Assembly (NCBI RefSeq): GCF_009914755.1
Contig: NC_060928.1
Origin: the human T2T-CHM13v2.0 reference genome, Homo sapiens
Direction: 5' to 3' (one strand)
DNA: 64,000 nucleotides
This document shows positions 41,661-56,639 of this stretch, in pieces (position 1 is the stretch's first letter; each line of letters opens with the position of its first letter). The notes under the pieces were generated by a model. That model had not been told where the DNA came from. It saw only the letters and a list, made by a program, of their open reading frames with translations, and ran no database searches. Position numbers and translations under genes: made by a program.

Positions 41661-44079
41661 CTTTTCATAAAAGTAATGGATATCAGCACATTTTTATGTA
41701 TGTGCTCTTTATTTCTATTTTTGTGTATTTCAGACATAAAACATTTCTTTCGTCACTTTGTTTTTCAAGTTTCAGTAGAACTGACCGAAGCACCTTGTAT
41801 CAGAGGTCCTGCGAAGTCACATATTTCTCATTTGGTCTGTCATCTTATATCTAACCAACATATGGACTTCAAGCGCAGCTAGATTATTGCACGTATTTAC
41901 TCTAACATTTGATTTGCTCCTGGATTCCTTTGTCACAGCACATATGCTAAGCCTCCAAAGTCCTCACTTTTCTTATCTCAGTCCCTGCAGACCAGAAGAT
42001 AACCCCCATGTCACTCCATAGCTTTAGGCAAGAATTCAGAACACAACAATGTTCTCCATGAGTTTGTCAGCAATTACTTTCCTTCATTTATACATTGAGT
42101 GACACTCGATGGCCTGACAAGGCCCTCTTTAGATACTGCACATGCAGCAAGGTCTAAGAGAGATGAAAGTTGGCCTTCAGGCAGTTTACACTGTAGTTGG
42201 GAGATAGAAACAACAAGTGAAAAAATAATACATAGTATCTCAAGTAATCATAAGTGTGCTAAAGATGAAGAAGGCAGGACTAAGGCAAAGAGGCAATTTA
42301 AAATAGGATGGTCAAGAAAAGCTTCTCTGGCACAGTGGCATTTTAGAAAACATATGAAGTGCTTATGTTCATAAGTTAGCATGAAAAAAAAAATCCAGCA
42401 GAAGAAATAGCAGGGCTGCATTCTACTGTGGTAGAAATACATTTATTGCGTTTGGGAAAACTCTAATGAAAACAGCATGAATAGAGAAGGAAAGATGTGG
42501 ATTAAAATAAACTATATTACAGAAAAGAGGTGAGGAGATGATTGAAGCGCCATAGGTCAAAGATAGCCTTTGGATTGAGATAAATGCCATTGGATCAGGC
42601 ATTGATCTGATTTATATTTTGGAAGGGAGGCAAGGGTTGAAGCATAGATCCCTTACTTTGGCATTACAGAACCCTGCTGGCCCTTAATAGTTTTACATCC
42701 TTTTGTTCTACCTGTTCATTCTTTTTTTCCATATTCTCCTAACCTACAACTTAATATTTATGATTTAGTACATACTTTCAATAACTCAAACAACTCCAGT
42801 GAAGTCTGAATTTGATTAATTATATTTGCTAAAATCTCAATCCTACTAATTGTTAAATCTTCTTACACTGCATCTCTACCAAGAAAACGCAAATGTACAA
42901 AGAAAAGAATTTATTTTATGTTTTATAAATGTGGCATACAATGTTGCTAAGCAAATAATATTCTTGTATTTAGTTTTATAGCTCTCACCCTTTCCCTTCA
43001 ATAAAATGTCCAAATGTATCATTAAGTTTTCTGAAATATCCAACTCATCTTACCTTGTAGTCAGTTCCAGAAAACAATCTACTCTGAATTAAAAACTGAG
43101 CCCATTTGATCTAACCCATTTAAGCTCTCTACTTTCACTTGTTTATAAATTAATCTATACTTGACCAGATTTGTAACTCTCTGCAACATCTTGATCATTG
43201 ACATGATTCTAATGTTTTTCCAGAGATATATTCCTGTTGTTCCTGGTTTTGTATTTCCTCCTTTATACTTGGAGAATTTTAAAAATTAAGATGTTCTTTT
43301 TCATGAAGATTATGATGATGAAAATTATAATAATGATAGAATCTAATATTTGCATTTGAGTCATTTTAATTTACAATGTGATTTTTATATACTCTCCTTT
43401 AAGTTTCACGTATTACTGTAACATTTTATAAATAAGAAAATTTTAGTTTAAAGACATAAAGCAAACTAAGCAACCTATAAGGTCACTGCAACATGGTAAT
43501 TAACATTTCCTTCCTGATGTTTCATCCTCTTGGCTTCCACAACATACAAACAGCCGAGAAATACCTCTTCTGCTATTCTTTTCCATCACAGATTTTTTTC
43601 ATAGACTTTCTATTTTCTCTTACACATTACATCAGTGCTCAGCAGGATATCTGTCCTCAGCCTATTCTCTTCTGACTCTACACATCTTGATTGTATAAGC
43701 TGTAATAATCTCATAGTTTGATTACAATCAATAAGATGATAAGTGCCCAATCTGCAACTCCATTGTTGACCTTCTTCTCCCAATTTTAGACTCATGTTTT
43801 CCTGGGTTTCTCTGTCTTAGCCTTTATCCTTGTCTGATTCACAAATTATACTGTAAACTCCTTAAGAACAAGAGTAAAGCTTCTCATGTCATGTCTCCAG
43901 AATAAACAACATTCTATCTATCTAGTAGATTATCATATGTTGTTCAGCATTTGTCAATCATATATGTCATTTTAGTAATTCAAACAGGAACATAATATAA
44001 CATTTTTAGTTAAATAAATAAATATCATGGATATTGGTCATAAATGGTTTCATGTTTCCATCATAAGAGAATTGCAGAA

Positions 44080-44190
44080 TAAGGAGAAGGAGGAGCAGCA
44101 ACTGGAGCAGCAGGAAGACAAGGAGGATGAAGAGGAAGAGGAGAAGGAGACGGCAGTAAAGAAGATAGAGAAGCAAGATTGAGGAGAGCC
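44080..44190. repeat. GA-rich low-complexity tract
   Basis: (GGA/GAA/GCA)-type triplet-like run. Confidence 0.8.
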
Positions 44191-44907
44191 CAGCATAAAC
44201 ATCACTACAAATACCCATTCATGGGTTGTATCCTTAAGCAAAAATTGTATTGCCTCACCTGTGATAAAGCAGTAGTTCTTTGTTGATGTTTCCTTTGTAA
44301 CGAAAGGTCATGACATTTTCAAAGAGAACAGTGTTTGGCATAGAGGATAAGATATCTGTTTTCTTTAATTATAAAATATGAAGTCATGTTCTGGTTCATC
44401 AGTCTTCTAAATTGGTCTGCTCTTCCTGGAGGGTGGGACCATAACTAACACGAGAAGGTCACTCCTTTGTTTCTAGTCTGCTATCCTTGTTTGACCTATC
44501 ATACATAATCCCCACACTTCCTAACTTGGGGAAGCAGAAAATGATGGGTGGACTAATGCCTACATGTTGGTATTCCAACATAACATGTAGATGAGTTAAG
44601 TTTAACTGTAATTTTAAAGTGTGTATATTAAGATGTATCAATATTTCTTACCATGTAGTTTGCTGTTTGTTAGTGCCTTTGGGCTATTAGTTTGCTTTAT
44701 GTTCACTAGAACATGAATACCTTAGATCTACTAGAACAGTACCTAGTATTGTTGGATAAATGAAGTGGTGAAGAAAACCAGAGGTAAGAAAGGAGAAGAG
44801 AGGGAGAAGAAAGAAAGAAGAAAAGAAGAAAATCATTTGACTTTCCCCAAGTAATCGAAGCAGTTTATTTTTAAAATCAGATATAGTTCAGTAGTTACTG
44901 AACCATG

Positions 44908-45208
44908 GGCCAGGCACAATGGCTCATGACTGCAATCCCAGCACTACTTGGAGGCTAAGGCAGAAGGATTTTTGTGGTCAAAAGTTCAAGACCAGCATGG
45001 GCAACATAGCAAGACCAAGTCTCCACCAAAAACAATTTAAATTAAATTAACCAAGAGTGATAACACATGTCTGTAGTCCCAGCTAAACATGAGGCTGAGG
45101 TTGTAGGACCACTTGAGCCCAGGAGTTCCAGGCATCTGTGAACTATGATCTCACCAATGCACTCAAGACTGTGCTATGCAGCAAGACCCCATCTCTGGAA
45201 AAATAAAA
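44908..45208 (+). mobile_element. AluJ with TSD
   Basis: Degenerate dimer; TSD tagttactgaacc at 44892-44904 and 45209-45221. Confidence 0.88.
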
Positions 45209-45561
45209 TAGTTACTGAACCCTATGTAACTTTTTTCCACTCAGAATGTAAAGAGATTGTGTTTGTTTTACACATGAGAAGAAACTTTGTATCTATAATG
45301 CTTATAAATCTCATGACAAAAGAATAAGAATAATATCTATCTAATTTAATTTGAATTATTTATTTGCCTTAAGAAATGATTTATATTTTCTTGTATATTA
45401 CCCAGAGAGTAATCATAATTTCCAGTAAGGCTGTTCCAATACAGCATAAAAATTTACCTAATAAATACTTCCTTAAAAAATCTGATACAAAATTAAACCA
45501 CAAATTATCTTTACTGGTTAAAGCCTAAGGATAACTAATGCATTCAAGAGACAAATATGTG

Positions 45562-45704
45562 GTTGTTTTTTTTTTTATGTTTTTGTGGAGATACGGGTCT
45601 CACTATGTTGCCTAGGCTATTCTTGAACTTCTATGCTCAAGCAATCCTCCTGCCTCGGCCTCCCAAAGTGCTGGGATTACAGACATGAGCCACTGAGACC
45701 AGCC
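45562..45704 (-). mobile_element. Alu monomer (FLAM/left-arm-like)
   Basis: ggagatacgggtctcactatgttgcctaggct...ctcccaaagtgctgggattacagacatgagccact. Confidence 0.85.
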
Positions 45705-46730
45705 TTGTTTCAAACTTCACAGTACCCAAAGAATCACCTGGAGATAATGTTAAAATGCAAACGCCTTAGGACAACCCCAAGATTCTGACTCAGCAAGTTT
45801 GCGAAGGTGGACTAAGAATTTACATTTCCACAGGCTCCAGCTGATGCTGTCTGTGATGTTCCCATATGGCACACTCTGAGGAACAATGCACTAGGCTGTA
45901 TAACTTACCTCAACTTTATATATAAGTTTTTGATATTCGTTTCTTAGTACATTGAGTTATCCAACCAGCAGTGAGTAGGGTAATTTTTACACAAATTTTC
46001 CTAGGAATGTAATGAAAACATTTTTTCCTTCACTCTAGTGTAATCATGTCAACACATGGCTGCTATGGAAAAATATGTAGCCTTAAAAACTCCAGGAAAT
46101 TAAATTGAATTTCCAAATACATATATTCAGTCATATGTGAGATATGTATCAGTGAGCACTTAGAGTCATTTCACCATAAATATAATAATTTTTTATCATA
46201 TAGTACCCAAAAGATTACTGAATTTGGCAAATGTTTACGTTCACTTTGTAACTTAAAATATTCTAAAGTCAATAGAAGATGGTAAAAGTATGAGATAAAT
46301 AATGATTTGAAGAAAAACTCTTGAAGTATATGAAGACTGTAATTTTATTATGCCAGTTACCACGAGTTATCAGAGAACATGTAAAATCTTGATAACATGG
46401 TAAGTATTATTTGTGTCATAGAGTTGTTCCACCTTGGACACATACTTGTGGAAACATCTTTATCACTGCAATTATTTCTATGCCTGGTTTCCTCCAGCAT
46501 GCTTTTCTGTCATCTGACTCACTCAGCGCTAGACTAACAGTGGGATTAACATGCAGTGGGTACAGTTGTTTCCTGGTTACTTTGTCTTCACAATCATCTA
46601 TTGCAAAATCACTTTGTTACGGTTATTTTTATCATTTGTAGAGACAGATTTTGGGCATTACTTTTAGTTTCCATAATGTGATCTCATAATTGCCATTATT
46701 TAACAAAAACAAATGGGGGACTTCAGAGTG

Positions 46731-46738
46731 TTTAAATA
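46731..46738 (+). promoter_or_regulatory. STATH TATA-like box TTTAAATA
   Basis: About 25-30 nt upstream of exon 1. Confidence 0.65.
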
Positions 46739-46759
46739 CATTGGCCCTCTAGGGTAGCA

Positions 46760-46820
46760 CATCATCTCTTGAAGCTTCACTTCAACTTCACTACTTCTGT
46801 AGTCTCATCTTGAGTAAAAG
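46760..46820 (+). other. STATH: STATH exon 1 (non-coding)
   Basis: ...cttcacttcaacttcactacttctgtagtctcatcttgagtaaaag|gtaata; TSS approximate. Confidence 0.8.
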
Positions 46821-47721
46821 GTAATATGTTCATGTATAATCGAATATGTTGTCTTAATCTAGAGTGTTGCTTCCTAAAATCTTTTGAAAACTAATTATAA
46901 AAATGTGTATTTATGTAATGATAATTTCTCATAAAGAAACAATTGAGAGAAATGATGACCTTCTTAGGATCTGAAGGTAAGTTGAGAATCTGAATAACTA
47001 TACATTGAAATCAGCAATCATCATGCAAAGTAAATAATGTGGAATATGGAGGCATATTCCAACTTCTCTCCTGATGGAACTTCTGAAAAGCTTTTTATTT
47101 CCTTGTCTACGTACTGGCATCTACTCTGCTACTTACTACTTTTACCTTTATTCGAAGTTCATATTTTAAGAAAATAGCATACGTTCTCTTTTTTGCAAAT
47201 GTATATATTGTTTCACAAGTTTAACTTTTAAAAATTTACTTTTTTCCCATAAGTAAACATTTCTCACTACCTTTTCATTGACCTTTCCATCATTTTAAAC
47301 AGTTATGTCATTCTGCATAATAAAAAATGTTGTATAACAGTCATGCTTTACTGCCTTACTGTTTTATATTACTTAAGTTGTTTTCATTCAGTTGTGATAT
47401 GGCAGAAAACAAAGATTTTACTATTTCATATTTTTATTATTTTTCATTGGGGAAATATTTTTTTAAAACCATGACATATATATTTATATATCTATGTCTA
47501 TATATCCATCTTTCAGTTTATCAAGGTTAGTAAAACAAAACTACTCTTCTATGAGCATTTTTTGATTCCATACTTTCAATAAAATTTACAGGTATAAAAT
47601 ACACTAAAGTTTTTATGCTTTTTGCATCATAAAATGACTGATGGGTAGGTTTATCTATCAGGTGATAGAAAAACCCCAAAGTACATATTATTTTTACACT
47701 TACTCTAATACCAGAAATTTC

Positions 47722-48040
<319 letters not shown>

Positions 48041-49232
48041 AGAAATTTCAGTTTGAATAACTGAGGCAAATCAGTGAATAAGTAACAAAGCAAATGCCAT
48101 AAATCATGAGTTCTGCTTTATGTTTTGGAGATTTGGGGTTATTAATAACAGTAATTTTTTTTATAATTAGGTAAAAAATATTCTTGTAATGTTTTATCAC
48201 AAGTTATTGGTAAAAGAGATTAAAATAATGAAGACCATTACCTTTATATGAATTACTCTATAGTTTTCAATAAACAGGTAAAAATGTCATTTATTTGTAA
48301 CTCTTGTGGCAATTATGTGTTTCACTGAAAATGTCTTTATTTAGATGTTTATAATTTACAAATAAATAATCTAACGTTTTTTGTTTAATAACAAAGGAAC
48401 TGGGTTAACTGGCTTATACTGTTTATGATAACATATCACAGTCCCAGATAAGGTTAATTTTGTTGAATGAGATTATTTAAAATATTAAGTCATCTTCACC
48501 AATTCAACTTCTCAGAGGAGGTACGAATATTTTCTCTGTGACTTCTTATCAGTTTGATTGTTCTCTACCCAGTATCATTAATGTTCTAATCTGAAGGTGA
48601 CCCCATTTTTGCAACTCTCAAGACAGAAATCTGGCTCATTTTCAGTAACATTATAAAGCGATTGCCCATTGCTGGTCATTCTAACATCCAAACATCTCTT
48701 TACACTGTACCTTAAATATCATCCCTAATGTCATTATTTAAGGCGCCCCATAATATCCAGTTCTATCTTCCCTACATTTTGAACTGTTCCAGTTTTATCT
48801 TCTGATAAACTGCTCCAGTTTTATCTTCCCTACATTTTGAACTGTTTGCACTTTCAATATGGTATCCTCCCTCTTTTTCATTTTCTTGCAGTCACCCAAC
48901 ACCTCTTTACTCATCCCGCATAATCCAACTCAAGCTTTACTTTCTTCTTTACCTTCATACCCCTATTCTCTTGGTCTGCGTAAGGTGTTGATTTGTGTGT
49001 TACTCTAATGCCTTAGCATTTCCATATCAATACACTCACTTTTACTTATCAGTGTCTCCAACAAGTCTCCAAGTTTCATGATGTCAGGCAATGGGTTTTA
49101 ATTGTCTTTCTATCTGGAGTGTGTCTCCCAGTGCTTTGGAGCGTAGTATAATCAATAAACTTTTGATGGGCGAATGCAAGAAAAAATGTGATACTGAATT
49201 TCCACATATGTTTTCAGAGAACCCAGCCAACT

Positions 49233-49283
49233 ATGAAGTTCCTTGTCTTTGCCTTCATCTTGGCTCTCATGGTTTCCATGATT
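49233..49283 (+). CDS. STATH: STATH exon 2 coding part MKFLVFAFILALMVSMI (whole exon 49218-49283)
   Basis: cag|agaacccagccaactATG...ATT|gtaagt. Confidence 0.97.
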
Positions 49284-50461
49284 GTAAGTATATCAGGACA
49301 TTTGAAGAATATGTTCTCAGTACCTATCCCAAGAGTCTCTCTATTCCTTGTGTTCTGGCATATATTGGTGTTTACTTGAATACAGCTTTATATGTTTAAA
49401 TGTTTCCATATGAACTTTTTTTTGTACTAACCTACATAAGCTATATAAGGATTTAGAATAAATAGTCATTATTCATCTACAGACACTAAAGTATATTTAG
49501 CTTAGTGTGAAATAAAAGAAAGTTTTACTGAACTTCTTAAATATGTGGAACTGAGAGCTTCTAAAAGTATCTTTAAACATGTAATGCTCTAGACAATCTG
49601 AAGTTAGAAATCTCAGGAATGAACTAGGTGCACTTGAGTGGAATTCAAGTATTAGAAGATGTCAAAGTAGAAATTTTCAAGTCATTCCTTGCAAAAACTA
49701 ACTTAAAATTAGTATACAATTATTTAGCACACACTTTCTAAAATAAAGCTGCTTATTTTTAACTATAAAACAAAACTTCAGATCTATGACATGTTATGAG
49801 TTCCCAGCTTTTATTGTCATTTACTACTATGTATCACTAGGTAAAGCACTTGACTTCTCTGGAGCTCTTTCTTCTACTCTACTTCCTTCTATTTCTCCTG
49901 TCCCTTTTCTATGACATTAGTAGGAAACTGGCCATGAAAGAATAAAAATAGTTCAACTTACCTGGTAAATTCTAACAGATATTTCAAAAACTAATTTGAT
50001 TATAAAATCACAGTATACCACATTATTTGTTATAAAAGGATAGGTGTCTAAAAAATAAAAAATAAAAATGTAAGGAAAACAGAGAAAAACATAATGCTTG
50101 TCTCTGTCAGTAAATAAAAGTTATGTGTAAGTAGCCTTTGAGCTGCTGAAAACATATTCTTATGAAAAAATACAAAGTTTCACTTTTCATTCACCAATGA
50201 TAACCATTTACTCCCTTTTACACACAAAACAAGTATAAATCCAAATAAATTTATATTTGAATATAGCACACTAATTACAGAAAAGCATACTCTTAACTCA
50301 TTTTAAAGATGTCATGAAGCAAAAATAACTAATTTAGTGTCTATCGATGATTTGCCTACATCCTGTTTACTCACAACTGTAGCTGCTGAGTTCATTTTTG
50401 TACTCAATCTGGAATTATAACATTAAGATACTAACTATTGTCTAATTTTCTGTTTTCTAAG

Positions 50462-50482
50462 GGAGCTGATTCATCTGAAGAG
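50462..50482 (+). CDS. STATH: STATH exon 3 GADSSEE
   Basis: aag|GGA GCT GAT TCA TCT GAA GAG|gtgagt. Confidence 0.97.
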
Positions 50483-50574
50483 GTGAGTCATTTTCATTCA
50501 CTGGAAAACTTGTTTTCAGTTTTGTCCTCCCTACATTTGTATTGAATTATTAAACTTTTCTTCATTTTTCACAG

Positions 50575-50604
50575 AAATTTTTGCGTAGAATTGGAAGATT
50601 CGGT
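50575..50604 (+). CDS. STATH: STATH exon 4 KFLRRIGRFG
   Basis: cag|AAA TTT...GGT|gtaagt. Confidence 0.97.
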
Positions 50605-51657
50605 GTAAGTGTTCTCTGATAATGCTGTGTAGTCCAAATAAATTGTGTTCTCTGATTACTTATTCTTCTAGAAGAACCAATACTTATTTCTCAAATATGT
50701 GTAGTAGTTGCAAAAGTGTGCTTTGTTTTCCTCTATTTATGATACACAGGTAACAGTCACAAATGTATTGTGTCCTAACAACATTTAAGTTGAAACTCAT
50801 AGTGCCAACCTGAAGAAACCAGTTACTCCCTGAGCCCTCAAGTATCATCTCCTAAGTAATCACTTTGACCTAAAAAATAGTTGAAATTCTAATTCTGTTA
50901 ATTATAATATATGCCTCATGGAGCATAAAGGCTGATAATTACACATAAAATATGGTAAGTTTGCACCTTCTGATTTTTTTTGACGGTGATAAACTCATTA
51001 AATTAAACAGGTCATGATAAATGAGATAGCAAATTTCATTTATTTAACATTTTTCTTAATGTATGTATCTTGATGTCCCAGTATGTTGACATATAATGTC
51101 AATGTGATAGGGTTGCAAAAGATCCCCTAACTAATATAGTGAATACATGGATTAAAATAACACCAAATAAAAAGATACTCTAAAAGGGATGATGGTTATT
51201 TGTGTTAACAGAAGGAAGAAGTATTAAGGAATGTAGGAATCGTAAGAGACAGTAAGCTCATTAAAAGAGTGACTTGAAGAAACACCACATAAGCTGAATT
51301 TAGTAAATGTCTCCTTCCCATAATACTCAAAGGTGGGCAAAATGGTTGCTGGGAGGTAGTATTTTGAAGAAAATTTAAAACCTCTTTGGAGTGATAGCCT
51401 ATAATCGGTGTTCCTGCATGTGAAATAAAACCACAAAACTGTGAACATGCAGTACAAAGGTAAACACTCAATCATTTTTACCTGCTTTTAAAATGTGTTT
51501 ATAACCAAAAAGAAAAATCTAATTGAAAGTTTGGAAAAAAATCTTATAAGTAATATGTAAGTTCCTAAAACTTTAACAATCTAAGCTTCTAATAAAAACG
51601 CTTGCACTGTCATTATCTCAATTTTCTGCAATTTTCTTTCTCCTTGTGTGTATACAG

Positions 51658-51744
51658 TATGGGTATGGCCCTTATCAGCCAGTTCCAGAACAACCACTAT
51701 ACCCACAACCATACCAACCACAATACCAACAATATACCTTTTAA
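51658..51744 (+). CDS. STATH: STATH exon 5 coding part YGYGPYQPVPEQPLYPQPYQPQYQQYTF* (exon ends at 51777)
   Basis: cag|TAT GGG...TTT TAA...gag|gtaaga; total 62 aa, the statherin precursor. Confidence 0.98.
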   Translation, partial: YGYGPYQPVPEQPLYPQPYQPQYQQYTF

Positions 51745-52985
51745 TATCATCAGTAACTGCAGGACATGATTATTGAGGTAAGATGGGTTTAGTGACATTT
51801 TTTTTACTTTCTGTATCAGTGCTGACAGTTAAAAGAAGAAAAACAAAAACAAGACATTAAACCAACAGCAGTTCCAGTATAAGAAAGCAGCCAGCTGTAT
51901 AGCTCCTTGAAATGTATTAATTTATATAAATGCTTCTGAGATAAAGTCTCTGTCCTGCTATGGTTAGAAGGCAGTGTTATAGAGTGGGGGACACCAGGGT
52001 TTGTATGCTGGCCCTGACAACTACTAGTTTCATGACTTTGAACTACTCCTAATGCTCCTGAACCTCAGTTTTCTCGTCAAAAAATTGTGTATTATGATAA
52101 CACTTAAATGTGCTTTTTAGAATTGGTGACACTTTTGAAAGACATATCACATAAAATCTCTTGATCAGAAAGGTTTGTAGTTATAACTGCAGGGCTTCCC
52201 TGCCACTAAATCTGTACCTAGGTGTTGCTTAAAGTTTTCACTCCCAAAATGCAATCTTTGGAGAAGCTTCCATCTGGGAACCATCTGGGAACTTGTGAGA
52301 AATTTGCATTTTGTACCCTAAGTAACTCTACTGAGCAATTACTATAGAAATTATTAACATAATGCTAACAAGAAAATATGGAAATGTTATCAATTTCTTT
52401 TTAGAAAGTCAGTTTTACCTATCTCTACACAACATTAAATGTTCTAAATTCTATGAAAAAATAATATTTCAAAACAAAATAGAGCAAACTCTTGGAGATA
52501 AGGGAGGATTGTTCTACAAAGTTAAAATAGTCCAAAGGATTTCAATTATTTTTCAGTGCATTTGGGAGATTATATTCCAATTCAATTCTCTATTGCCATT
52601 AGTGATACAGGGAAGAGCCTGAACTTGATCCCCTAGGTTTTAGGTAATAGCTGATGACATTTAATCAAGAAAAGATGTATTGAAATATTATTTAGAGGAA
52701 ATGCATATAAATGAAATGTGTAGGCTATATTTAAGTAGAAGAATAAAATAGTATGATGATTGAAAAATAATTTAAATTGTAGATGCTGAATGATAATTTT
52801 TATTTATTCAGGAACCAATTTAATAATTGTTTAATTGTCTACTCTGTGTCAAATATTATTTTGGGCCCTGCATTTTATAAACTATAATTGTATATAATAT
52901 CTACTCTGTACCAGGCCAGAATATAAATGTGTTTACAGGGGTAAAAATTTTACAGATAATCTGTTATTTTTTTTTTTCTGTGCAG

Positions 52986-53250
52986 GCTTGATTGGCAAAT
53001 ACGACTTCTACATCCATATTCTCATCTTTCATACCATATCACACTACTACCACTTTTTGAAGAATCATCAAAGAGCAATGCAAATGAAAAACACTATAAT
53101 TTACTGTATACTCTTTGTTTCAGGATACTTGCCTTTTCAATTGTCACTTGATGATATAATTGCAATTTAAACTGTTAAGCTGTGTTCAGTACTGTTTCTG
53201 AATAATAGAAATCACTTCTCTAAAAGCAATAAATTTCAAGCACATTTTTA
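52986..53250 (+). other. STATH: STATH exon 6 (3' UTR) with AATAAA at 53228-53233
   Basis: Long polypyrimidine tract, tgcag|gcttgattggc; polyA signal; end approximate. Confidence 0.85.
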
Positions 53251-56200
53251 CATGTATGCTCCTTATTTTTCTCTTTTCTATTTATAGGAATAATGATTTC
53301 TTTCATCATCTTCTTTCCCAGTTTGACTAGCACAGATTGAAGCCCATAATGTCAGAGGTCCTTATTTATAATTTAGTCTGTCATATTTTATATGTTACAA
53401 ACATGGTACTCAAACTCACTTATTATTAGAGCTATTTATGCCAAGATTTGATTTGCCCATGGTTTCCTTTGCCACACCACAGTTGCTAAGCCTCCAAAGC
53501 ACTCACATTTTTTATCTCAGTCCCTGTAGGTCAGAAGATAACCACCATGTCACTCTACAGCAGTATGTAGGCACTCTGCATGTAAACCATCTAATGCCCT
53601 CCATTAGTTTTTCAGCAATGACTTTTATTCAAGAAATATTTATTGAATGACCCCAGCTGTCAGGTCCTCTTCTAGATGCTGCAGACAAAGAGAGACAAAA
53701 GTCCTGTCTTTGGAGAGTTTACATTGTAGTTGGGAGATGCAGATACAAAGTAAATAAATAGTACATATCTTAGGCAATGATAAGTGTGCTAAAGAAGTAT
53801 AAGCATGTCTAGGGCACAGAAACAAATTTAAACAGGATAGTCAACAAGAGACTCTCTGACATAGTGACATTTTATGAAAGATATGAACTAAGCATGAGAG
53901 CGAATATGGAGAAATAAATTTTCCAGCAGAAAATAGCAAATGCAAATTTATTGTGATAGAAACATGTTTGTTTCATTAGGGACAAATTCAAGGAGACCAA
54001 TATGGACAGAGAAGGCAAGTGGATCAAAATAAATTACGTCACAGCATAAGGGATACGCAGGTAACTAAAGCTTTGTGGCCCATGTTAAGTCTTTGATTTG
54101 AGATGGATGACATTGGAGAAAGACATAATCTTATTTATATTTTGGAATGGAATCAAGGGTTGAATCATAGATATCCACACTTGGGCCTTACAGAAATCTG
54201 TGGGTCCTTCCTATTTTTATGTCCTTTTATTCTATGTGTTCCTTTTAAAATTTATTTTATTTTCCTCTAAGCCAGTACTTCATATTTTTCATTCACTATA
54301 TACTTGCAATAACTCAAACAATTCCAGTGAACTTCTGGGTTTGGGTAACTCTACTTGCTAATATCTCAATCCTATAAATCCCTAAATTTTATATCATGTT
54401 TCTTTATCAAAACCTAGATATATAGAAAAAATGTGATTTTTTTGTTTTCTAAATTTGGAGTACAACATTGCTCACCAAGTTTTTTCCACGTATTTGATGC
54501 AATACCTCTCTCATTAACCTACAATAAATTGCCCCAATATTTGTTTTCTGAAGGAACCAACTCATCTCACTCAGTAGTCAATTTCAAAATAATAATATTG
54601 ATAATAATAATAACAACAACATACGTATTTGAAAGGAAAATTGAATTCATTAGGCATAAGTGTCTTAAACTTCTTACTCTCACTTTTAATAAATTAATCT
54701 ATATCTGATCAGATTTCTAATTCTCAAAGTCTTAAAGGTGAAGATGACTGTCATGTTTTCCAAAGATATTTTTTCATTATTCTTTGTTTTGCATTTTCTC
54801 CTTTATTCTCAGAGAAATTTTTGAAACTAAGATGTTCTTTCAAATGAATACTATCATGCTAAAAATAATAATAAAACAACCTAATATTTACCTTTAAATA
54901 ATGTATATTTTAAATTTCTCATATATATGAAATATATAAATATATAAATCATATTTCATATTATATATTAATATATGAAATATATATTTTCATTTAATTC
55001 ACTTTCAACTATTATTATAACATGGTCTGGGTAACTAAATTGTAGTTTAAAGAAACTACAGAATCCCCTATTTCACTACAAATTTTATTCATTGTGATTA
55101 ACATTTTCCCCTTGAAATTTCATCCCTTTTGTTTCCATTATGTACGTATATTTCTTGAAAATACTATACTATTCTTTTCCCTCTCAGAGATTTTCATGGG
55201 CTTTCTTTTTCTCTCACATACTACATCAGTGTTGTCTAGGGGATCTTTTCTCAACTTTCTTTTTTTCTGGTTGTACACTTCTTTCTTGTGTGACTTCTTT
55301 TCATAATTCATTTTCATAATTGATTAAAATCAATAAGCTGATAAGTCCAAAGTCTGCAGTTCATGTGTGGGAAGAAGAGTTCCTTCTTCTCTTAATTTAG
55401 ACTTATATAACAAACACTCCTCCAGACTGATGTGCAGTTGCCTTTAACCTTGTATGTTTTATAAATTGAACTGTAACCTCCTTAGAAGCAGAAAAGAGCA
55501 TTTACTTTGTATCACCAGTGTCTAGAATGTTTCATGTTATATAGAATACAGTCCAATGTTGTTTCACATTTGTCATTTGAGGTATTTGTCCTCTTAGTAT
55601 GGAAACTGGAATATAAGATATTTTTATTTAAATAAACATCATAGATTTTTTCATAAACATTTCATACTTTCATCATAGTAGAAATAGAAAAGAAGACACA
55701 AGAAGAATAGGAGGAAAGCCCAGCATAAATATGACTGGAAATACCTATTCATGGGTTGCATCCTTAAGACATCAATTTAATGACATGCTTGTGATAAAGC
55801 CTTCACTATTTTTTCACATTTCCCTTATAAATGAAAGGCATTGCATTTTCAAAGAGCATAGTGTTTTGTTATAAAGAATTAGATACCTGGTTTATTTAAT
55901 TATAAAATGTGAAGATGAAGACATGTCTGATCCATCACTCTTCCTACTGTTCCTGGAGGGAAGGTCACTCCTGTGTATCTAGTCCATTATGTTTGTTCAA
56001 ACTGTCATACACAATTCCCACACTCCCTAACTTGGGGAAACAGGAAACGATGTGTGAAATAATGCCTATATTTTGGTGTTCCAACATAAAATATAGATGA
56101 CTTAAGTTTGATTGTAGTTGTAAAATGTTATATTAAAATATATATCAGTATTTTTACCGGGTAGCTTGTTGTTTGTCAGTGCCTTTGGACTATTAGTTTG

Positions 56201-56639
56201 CTTTATGTTCACTAGAACATGAATATTATAGAAGTACTAAAACAGTGCCTTACATTGTTGTTTAAATGGTTAGTGAAGAAATAAAGAGTGAAAAAAGTAG
56301 AGAAAGACAGGAAGGAAAGAAGAAAGGGGAGAAATCATTTGACAACTCAAGCATATCCAAAGCAGTGTTTACCCTTCAAAGTCAGACATATTTCAAGTTA
56401 CTGAACTATGTATCTCTTTCCCATTAAAAAGTGATGAGAGTTTGTATTATTTTGAGCACAAGAAGAGACCTTGTATCTCCAGTGCTTAGAATAAATCTAT
56501 TTTAAATTGAGTTATTTATTTGCCTTAAGAAATAATTTATGTTTTTGTATTTATCCAGAGAATAACCATTATTTCCAATAGGACTGTTCAATTATAACAT
56601 AGAAGCTTTACCTTATAAATATTTTCCTAATAAATCTGA

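Noticed and set aside
44006-44241. Leu-rich and Ser-rich ORFs that look like a signal peptide or membrane segment
   Set aside because: Translation of a GA-rich low-complexity expansion; the paralogous site near 55690 is short.
49091-49399. 102-aa ORF overlapping STATH exon 2
   Set aside because: Different frame, runs through introns, no recognisable product.
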